Shown: positions 57,520-64,000 of the stretch, one piece after another | Layout: each line of letters opens with the position of its first letter | How positions within the stretch are numbered: position 1 is the first letter of the stretch | DNA from: an uncultured Verrucomicrobiae bacterium | GTDB lineage: Bacteria > Verrucomicrobiota > Verrucomicrobiia > Limisphaerales > Palsa-1400 | Assembly: GCA_963764165.1 (NCBI GenBank) | Contig: CAVXRD010000002.1 | Coordinates: 256,001-320,000, forward strand | Length of the DNA stretch: 64,000 nt | Direction: 5' to 3' | Made by a program: the position numbers and the translations under genes | Notes under the pieces: model-generated | What the model was told of the DNA's origin: nothing | What the model saw: the letters and a program-made list of their open reading frames with translations, nothing else | The model's database searches: none

Positions 57520-59046
57520 ATGAAAACACCCGCTGCCGCCGTTGCGTTTTTGTCCGCCGCGATTATTTCGCCGCATTCCGTGGCACACGCGCAGGATTCC
57601 GCGGCGCGCTCGCTGGGGCCTTTCACTTTTCAATCGGACATTGGCATTATTCGTCATGCGGGCGACGCATCATTTGATCCCGTCCGCTCCTCGTTCGTGG
57701 TGAGCGGAAGCGGGGCCAATATGTGGTTCACCAACGACGCGTTCCATTTCGTTTGGAAACAGGTCTCGGGCAATGTCTCCTTGAATGCGGATATTCATTT
57801 TGTTGATAAGGCCGGTGTCGACCATCGCAAGGCGTGCCTGGTCATCCGCCAATCCCTCGAGCCCGGGTCGGCCTATGTCGATGCAGCCGTCCACGCGAGT
57901 GGATTGACCTCGCTCCAATACCGCGACGGCGACGGCGAAACAACGCACGAAATCCAACTCGGCTCCGGCGCTCCGGCGCGATTGGGATTGCAGAAGCGTG
58001 GCGATTATTTCTATTTGACGTCTGGAGGCCCTGACAACCCGTTGGAACCCACCGGCGCATCGATTCGCGTGGCGATGAAAGAGCCGTTCTACGTAGGGCT
58101 CGGGGTCTGTTCGCACGACGCGGATGCCGTGGCCAAAGCAGAGTTTGATCACGTTCAGTTGACCGCGCTTGCGCCTGTGACGGGACAGCCAGTTTACGGT
58201 GGAAGCTCTCTGGAAGTGGTGCCGCTCGGATCGAAAGACCGCCGGATCATCTACCAAACGAACGAACTTTTCGAGGCTCCTAATTGGACGCGCGACGGAA
58301 AGAATTTCATCTTTAACAGCCATGGCCATCTTTACAAATTGCCGGTCAAGGGAGGGCAGCCGGAGTTGATCGACACCGGTTTCGCCGTCCACTGCAACAA
58401 CGACCACGGCATTTCGCCGGACGGCACGCAACTGGCAATCAGCGATCAAACGAAAACCGGCAAATCGCTCGTCTACATTCTTCCGTTGACGGGAGGCGCG
58501 CCAAAACTCGTCACGGCGGATGGCCCTTCCTATTGGCACGGATGGTCTCCCGACGGATCGACACTGGCTTTTTGCGGCGAGCGAAAAGGAGAATTCGATG
58601 TCTATAGCATTCCCGCGGCGGGCGGCGAAGAGACACGTTTGACGACAGCTCCCGGACTTGACGACGGGCCGGATTTTTCGCCGGATGGGAAGTTCATTTA
58701 TTTCAATTCCGTCCGCTCCGGCCACATGCAAATCTGGCGGATGAAAGCAGATGGAAGTGAGCAAACACAACTCACCAGCGACGATAACAACAACTGGTTC
58801 GCCCACCCTTCGCCGGATGGAAAGTGGATCGCGTTCCTTAGCTTCGGGCCGACCGTCACGGGACATCCAGCCAACGAGGATGTTGGATTGCGCCTCATGC
58901 CTGCCAATGGTGGGAAAATCGAGACGCTAGCGAAATTATTTGGAGGACAAGGGACCATCAATGTTCCATCGTGGTCGCCCGATAGCAAAGAGATTGCTTT
59001 TGTAAGTTATCTGCCGAAGTTCTCGCAAGAAGCTGGGAGACAATGA
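57520..59046 (+). CDS. Secreted TolB-like PD40 beta-propeller protein with an N-terminal lectin-like domain
   Basis: Repeated W/F-SPDG motifs, CNNDHGISPDG, QGTINVPSWSPD; signal peptide ending AHA. Confidence 0.9.
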   Translation: MKTPAAAVAFLSAAIISPHSVAHAQDSAARSLGPFTFQSDIGIIRHAGDASFDPVRSSFVVSGSGANMWFTNDAFHFVWKQVSGNVSLNADIHFVDKAGVDHRKACLVIRQSLEPGSAYVDAAVHASGLTSLQYRDGDGETTHEIQLGSGAPARLGLQKRGDYFYLTSGGPDNPLEPTGASIRVAMKEPFYVGLGVCSHDADAVAKAEFDHVQLTALAPVTGQPVYGGSSLEVVPLGSKDRRIIYQTNELFEAPNWTRDGKNFIFNSHGHLYKLPVKGGQPELIDTGFAVHCNNDHGISPDGTQLAISDQTKTGKSLVYILPLTGGAPKLVTADGPSYWHGWSPDGSTLAFCGERKGEFDVYSIPAAGGEETRLTTAPGLDDGPDFSPDGKFIYFNSVRSGHMQIWRMKADGSEQTQLTSDDNNNWFAHPSPDGKWIAFLSFGPTVTGHPANEDVGLRLMPANGGKIETLAKLFGGQGTINVPSWSPDSKEIAFVSYLPKFSQEAGRQ

Positions 59047-59116
59047 ACGTGTTCGCAGTCTACTCTGTCCTCAGTAGCTTTAGCGGAGGAGCATTGCGCG
59101 GGAACAACGCCTTCCG

Positions 59117-59146
59117 CCCGGACGCCTCGGCGAGGCGTCCTACCTC
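59117..59146. repeat. Single GTAG-type REP
   Basis: CCCGGACGCCTCGGCGAGGCGTCCTACCTC between convergent genes. Confidence 0.85.
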
Positions 59147-59147
59147 A

Positions 59148-61121
59148 CTACGGCTTGGTGTCGTTGAAATAATCCTTCACCGCGCCTTGGTAGGCGCGGG
59201 GAACTTGATCTTGATTCAACGCAGCGCGCGCATCGGATTGAGCACCGGTGGCCGCTTCCGAATAGCTGACGGAACTCTTCCCTTTGATGCTGACACCCTT
59301 GAGGGTAATACTCGGCATTGGCGAACCCGGCGTGATCTGGCCGTGCAGCTTCGTAGGTGAAAGATTTTCGGCCAATTGAGGATCGCCGCGATCGGTCAAA
59401 CCTTTGGCATCGCGATCCGGGCGGTTCACGCCGGAATTGTCCCAAGTGCTGCTCATCTCAGGGTACAACTGCGAATTATCATCGGTCCAAGTGCCTACTC
59501 CGCCTCGCCCCGGATTCTTTCCAGCATTCAGGCAATGGCCGGCAGCCATGCACTTTCCAGAGCAATCCCCACAGTGGGGGCACTGACCAAAAGCCGTGTG
59601 CGTCGCGAGCGCGGACTCCGCCTTGGCCAGCGCGTCTAATGAACCTTGCAGGGCCTTTGCGTCAGCCAAGTCGGCTTGAACTTTTTCAAGCTCCTTCGCC
59701 GCCGCAGCCAGCGATGCGGCAGCACTGGGTTTGTCGCCGCCGCGCAATTTCTGGGCTGCGTCGTGCAAATGTTTTGCAGTTTCACCGTAGGGCGATGCGG
59801 GCTGAACCGAGCGCGACACCTCATCCAGCATCTTGGCCGCTTCCTCGGAAGTCAACTTGCCGGACTTGATTTTTTCAATCATCTTGGTGAGCGATGCCTG
59901 GGCCAAATCGGGCTGGCCGAATTTCAACTGCTCCGGCAAATCCTTGCCTTCGCGATCGGCCTGCTCCTGCATCTTCTGCAATTCCTTGGTCATCTGCTGC
60001 GTTTTTTCCAAATCCTGCGTGGCCAAATCCATGTCCTTTTGGAAATTCTCCATTTTGCTGTTCTGCAACGCGTTGATGGCGTCATCCAAGTTCGGGAGCA
60101 TCGCGCCCAATTGATGGGCCTGATCCGCCAATTCGGACATGCTTTGCGCGAGTCTCTGGCGTTCGGCGGCGGCGGCGGGCGAATTGTCCTTCGGCAAACC
60201 GGCGGCGGCTTTTTGCAATTCCTGCATTTTCTCGCCAAGCTTTTCCATGGCCTCGGGACTGTCAGCGGCATTGCCAAGCGCCTTTTGCAAAGCATCCATT
60301 TGCTTTTGGCTGGCGGCGCTGCTGCTGGCGGCGTTTTCGGCTTTCTGCTCGTGGGCGGCGCGTTCGAGGGCCTTCATATCTGGAGTCTTTTTGCCCAGAT
60401 CCGCCAATTGCTGCTTTAGCTTGTCGGTGACACTGGACAGGTCTTTCAGCGCGTCGTTCCGAGTCAGCACGCCCTTCTCCAGCTTCATTCCAATGTCTTC
60501 GCCACCTTCGACAGCCTTGCGGGCGGGTTCGATGACATTCGGACGCTGTTCCAAGGATTGATGCGTGATCTCGACAATATGCTTGCCGATGTCTTTAAGA
60601 ACCTGCGCCTCCTGCTGCTTAGCGACGTAAGTCTTGCTGCGGTACTCCGGCACAAATCCCAAGCCGGCGCCCAGCGCCAAGGCGAGCAGCGCCCAATGGC
60701 TCACGCACGGCAGCTTTAACGGAAAAACTTTGCGGGGATCCAATTTGGCGGCGAATTTGGCCGCGTCGGAAACCAGCAGCGAACGCCAATCGTTGGTGTG
60801 TCCATCCGGGGCAAATTCCAAAGCGGTGGTCAGGCGTTCCTCAAGATTCTGGCGGTCATCAAGGCAGCGAGCGGTTTGGCGCATCGTTGTTTTCTGAAAC
60901 CAGCCGCGTGCAAATCCCACGAGCACGCAAATTCCAGCGACTCCAGCCGCAGTAGTAGGAACGATGAATGGAACCGGAGCGAGTTTGTAAACAGCAAGGG
61001 CGACCAGCCAGATAACCGCGCCGACGGCGAGACCTTGCCACAGACCATTCCACGCCCGTTGCCAACGACGACGCCGTGAAGCGCGCGCCAAAACCGATTG
61101 GATGGCCTCGATATCGCTCAT
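59148..61121 (-). CDS. Membrane-anchored coiled-coil protein of the type found in vWA/MoxR loci
   Basis: Three N-terminal TM segments, LEERLTTALE, long Q/K/E coiled coil, C-terminal VPRAYQGAVKDYF. Confidence 0.8.
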   Translation of the reverse strand: MSDIEAIQSVLARASRRRRWQRAWNGLWQGLAVGAVIWLVALAVYKLAPVPFIVPTTAAGVAGICVLVGFARGWFQKTTMRQTARCLDDRQNLEERLTTALEFAPDGHTNDWRSLLVSDAAKFAAKLDPRKVFPLKLPCVSHWALLALALGAGLGFVPEYRSKTYVAKQQEAQVLKDIGKHIVEITHQSLEQRPNVIEPARKAVEGGEDIGMKLEKGVLTRNDALKDLSSVTDKLKQQLADLGKKTPDMKALERAAHEQKAENAASSSAASQKQMDALQKALGNAADSPEAMEKLGEKMQELQKAAAGLPKDNSPAAAAERQRLAQSMSELADQAHQLGAMLPNLDDAINALQNSKMENFQKDMDLATQDLEKTQQMTKELQKMQEQADREGKDLPEQLKFGQPDLAQASLTKMIEKIKSGKLTSEEAAKMLDEVSRSVQPASPYGETAKHLHDAAQKLRGGDKPSAAASLAAAAKELEKVQADLADAKALQGSLDALAKAESALATHTAFGQCPHCGDCSGKCMAAGHCLNAGKNPGRGGVGTWTDDNSQLYPEMSSTWDNSGVNRPDRDAKGLTDRGDPQLAENLSPTKLHGQITPGSPMPSITLKGVSIKGKSSVSYSEAATGAQSDARAALNQDQVPRAYQGAVKDYFNDTKP

Positions 61122-61182
61122 TCTGCTGACAACCATGCACCAAACCCGTGCAAAGTGCCAGCTTAAAATCAATCAAATATTG

Positions 61183-61281
61183 GGTAGGGCGAGACTCTGT
61201 CGAGCCCTAACTGGATTATGACAGAGGATGCGGAAGGCGCACACAAGATCCAAAATGGGCTCGACAGAGTCTCGCCCTACC
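61183..61281. repeat. Second GTAG-type REP family, inverted pair
   Basis: GGTAGGGCGAGACTCTGTCGAGCC ... GGCTCGACAGAGTCTCGCCCTACC (perfect 24-bp inverted arms). Confidence 0.92.
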
Positions 61282-61325
61282 GAGATGGGTGGGAGCATTT
61301 TTTTTGCGCTCCCGTCTAACTCGTT

Positions 61326-63665
61326 ATGAAACGAATCATGCTTTTGCCGGTTTTGTTCCTTTTTGCTCTGCGCGCCGCGGCGGATGGGTTCATCGTCATT
61401 CATCCCGGGCCGCATTCGCCGCACGGAATTCCCTATGAATTTGCGCCGCTGGAGGTTTCCTACCACCATGTCAACGTCAAGGTCGAGGGCCAGATCGCCA
61501 CGACCACGGTTGACGAGGAATTCTACAATCCCAACTCCCAGCAACTCGAGGGCACCTACCTGTTCCCGGTGCCGAAAGGCGCGCAGATTGACAAGTTCAG
61601 CATGGAAATCGGCGGCAAGCAGGTCGAAGCCGAATTGCTGGCGGCGGACAAGGCGCGGTCGATCTACGAGGACATCGTGCGCAAATTGCGCGACCCCGCC
61701 CTGCTTGAATACGCCGGGCGCGACACTTTCAAGGTCCGCATCTTTCCCATCGAGGCGAACAAGGGGAAGCGGGTCAAACTTTCGTATTCCCAAGTGCTGA
61801 CTTCGGATGGCGGTCTGGTCAGTTACGTTTACCCTTTGAACACGGAGAAGTTTTCCTCTAAACCGATCAAGAGCGTTTCGGTAAAGGTAGAATTGGACAG
61901 CGCGAAACCCATCAAGACGATTTATTCCCCCAGCCATTCCGTCGAGATCAAACGCGACGGCCCGCGGCGCGCCACCGCCAGTTATGAAGCAAGCGATGTC
62001 AAACCCGACACCGACTTCGCGCTCTATTTCGCTCCGGAAAAAGACGATGTCGGCTTGAATCTCATCACCTCCAAAACCGATGGCGAAGACGGGTACTTCA
62101 TGCTTTTCGCTTCGCCGGGCGTCGATACCAAATCCGAAAAACCCGCGCCGAAGGACGTCGCGTTTGTGCTCGACACGTCCGGCTCGATGGCTGGCCGAAA
62201 AATCGAGCAGGCCAAGAAGGCTTTGCGATTCTGCGTCGAAAATCTCAATGACAACGATCGTTTCGAAGTCATGCGTTTTTCCACTGACGTGGAGCCGCTG
62301 TTTGGAAAATTGACGGAAGCGTCCAAAACCAATCGCGCCAAGGCGGAAGCGTTCGTGGATGACCTTAAAGCGGTTGGGGGCACTGCCCTGGACGACGCGC
62401 TGCGGCAAGTTCTCGCCACTCGGCCGCCGACCAATGACAGGCCTTTCATAATTGTGTTCTTGACCGACGGCGAACCAACCGTCGGCGAAGTCAACGAGGA
62501 CAAGATTGTGGCCAACGTCAGAGTGGAGAGCGAAGGAAAAACCCGCATTTTCTGTTTCGGCATTGGCAGCGACGTCAATACACATTTGCTCGACCGCATC
62601 GCCGAGGATACGCGAGCCGCAGCCCAATACGTCCTCCCTGAGGAGGACTTGGAAGTGAAGGTATCGAGCTTTTTCTCGAAAATCACCGAGCCCATTCTTG
62701 CCAACCCAGTCCTGCATGTGACAGGCGGCGTGACCATTTCCAAGATGTATCCCGACGCACTGCCTGATATGTTCAAAGGCGGTCAACTCATTGTCGTGGG
62801 GAGATTCAAGGGCGAAGGTTCGGCGGCGGTGGAAATTGAAGGGACATTGAACGGCAAACCCAAGAAGTTCGCGCAGGACGTTAAATTCTCCGCTACGACA
62901 AAAATGGAATTCATCCCGCGGCTGTGGGCGACCAGGCGCGTCGGTTATTTGCTGGACGAAATGCGCCTGCACGGCGAAAACGCGGAATTGCGCGACGAGG
63001 TCACGGAATTGGCGCGGCATTACGGCATTGTCACGCCTTATACGGCCTATTTGATTATTGAGGATGAGTCGCATCGAAACGTCCCGCTTTCCATGCAGTC
63101 CCTTCCCCAACTCAATAGCGACGCGGCAGCCAAGGCTGCCGTGGTGCAAAACTGGAGTTCCTTCAAAGATCGGCGCGGCGGAGAGCAGGCGCTGGCAGAT
63201 TCCCGATACGGTTCCGCGCTCCGCTATGCCGCCTCGCCGGATGTTGCCAACGCGACTGGACAGATTGAAGGCGCGCGGGCGTTGGGATTATCAACACTTT
63301 CAGCAAGCGCTGCGGCACCCGCCTCTCCTGCGATGGCAGGCGGGGCGGGTGGGGCGCGACGTTCAGCATTCCAGAATAATCTCGGCGCTTCTAGCGGGGC
63401 CGAATTCGACTCCCGCGCGCGGGCCGCGCAGTACACCCAGCAAACGCGCTTCGTCGGCGGCAGGAATTTCTTCCAAAACGACCAACAGCAATGGATTGAT
63501 CCGTCCGTGCAAAACCTGTCGAACGCCAAACGGGTGCGCGTCCAATTCAATTCGCCGGAATATTTCGACCTCGCGACGAAGGAACCACAAGCCCGCGCAT
63601 GGCTTTCCCTTGGCCGCAATGTGCAGTTTGAGCTGCACGGGACGATTTACGAAGTCTATGAGTGA
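61326..63665 (+). CDS. Secreted VIT plus von Willebrand factor A domain protein
   Basis: Signal peptide; FYNP..LEGTYLFPVP (VIT); MIDAS DTSGSM; FLTDGEPT; RLWATRRVGYLL; YGIVTPYT. Confidence 0.93.
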   Translation: MKRIMLLPVLFLFALRAAADGFIVIHPGPHSPHGIPYEFAPLEVSYHHVNVKVEGQIATTTVDEEFYNPNSQQLEGTYLFPVPKGAQIDKFSMEIGGKQVEAELLAADKARSIYEDIVRKLRDPALLEYAGRDTFKVRIFPIEANKGKRVKLSYSQVLTSDGGLVSYVYPLNTEKFSSKPIKSVSVKVELDSAKPIKTIYSPSHSVEIKRDGPRRATASYEASDVKPDTDFALYFAPEKDDVGLNLITSKTDGEDGYFMLFASPGVDTKSEKPAPKDVAFVLDTSGSMAGRKIEQAKKALRFCVENLNDNDRFEVMRFSTDVEPLFGKLTEASKTNRAKAEAFVDDLKAVGGTALDDALRQVLATRPPTNDRPFIIVFLTDGEPTVGEVNEDKIVANVRVESEGKTRIFCFGIGSDVNTHLLDRIAEDTRAAAQYVLPEEDLEVKVSSFFSKITEPILANPVLHVTGGVTISKMYPDALPDMFKGGQLIVVGRFKGEGSAAVEIEGTLNGKPKKFAQDVKFSATTKMEFIPRLWATRRVGYLLDEMRLHGENAELRDEVTELARHYGIVTPYTAYLIIEDESHRNVPLSMQSLPQLNSDAAAKAAVVQNWSSFKDRRGGEQALADSRYGSALRYAASPDVANATGQIEGARALGLSTLSASAAAPASPAMAGGAGGARRSAFQNNLGASSGAEFDSRARAAQYTQQTRFVGGRNFFQNDQQQWIDPSVQNLSNAKRVRVQFNSPEYFDLATKEPQARAWLSLGRNVQFELHGTIYEVYE

Positions 63666-63716
63666 GGCAAAGTGCGCCGATTTGTCACCTGCTGTCCTAT
63701 GTGACAATTTGTAGGG

Positions 63717-64000
63717 ATGGAAGGCATGCCAGAAGGCGAGCCAGGCGAAGGAAAAACAGATCCATTGCCTGACTACTCGCACAGCGCACATGAGAAGGGC
63801 CGCACTTTAGCAAAGTGTTGCCTTTGGTCGCCTTTCATTGGCGTTGCCTTCTGGTTCATCGCGGGCGCCCTCGTTAGAGGATCTGACTGGGGAGGAATTG
63901 TTGTTGTCATACTCGCCTTTGTGCTGTTCGCGGGCGGAATTACGCTGGGCATCGCCGCGTTGAGACGGCGGACTCCGGAAGGACGCAAGGGAATCGTCGT
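63717..64000 (+). CDS. Membrane protein, 5' part only (runs off the window edge)
   Basis: Manual translation MEGMPEG..LAKCCLWSPFIGVAFWFIAGALV..GGIVVVILAFVLFAGGITLGIAALRRR; open to the window end. Confidence 0.6.
   Translation, partial: MEGMPEGEPGEGKTDPLPDYSHSAHEKGRTLAKCCLWSPFIGVAFWFIAGALVRGSDWGGIVVVILAFVLFAGGITLGIAALRRRTPEGRKGIV

Overview
GC-rich bacterial chromosome segment, most likely Verrucomicrobiota (Pedosphaera/Limisphaera-like). This is inferred from GloVer-type repeats, a TIGR03067-like lipoprotein, a Zn-ribbon Ser/Thr kinase and a short ParC. Most of the window is housekeeping or stress genes: pyrR-pyrB-crcB-DUF190 behind a PyrR-binding leader, mrp/sufT Fe-S genes, nagB-yhbY, ygfZ, yicC-gmk, a BON/GH57/treY/treZ trehalose block facing a sensor-less two-component cascade, fba, tRNA-Lys(TTT), parC, an ABC-F ATPase, two Hsp20s, sucA-sucB, tgt, an orphan EboD-like cyclase and a VIT/vWA pair. 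The most unusual element is a ~2255-aa secreted Cys-rich protein. It has a 465-bp tandem array, a duplicated domain whose second copy gained about 20 cysteines, and a Trp/Asn-rich loop insertion. Also notable: several small ORFs that the ORF track misses or mis-starts, including a 29-aa histone-H1-like peptide; a dense, partly nested set of REP/MITE elements; an apparent ATA start codon; and two +1 frameshifts that both fall on the palindrome AGTACT. No CRISPR array, rRNA, integrase or transposase was found. All family assignments are from motif recognition by eye; no searches were run.
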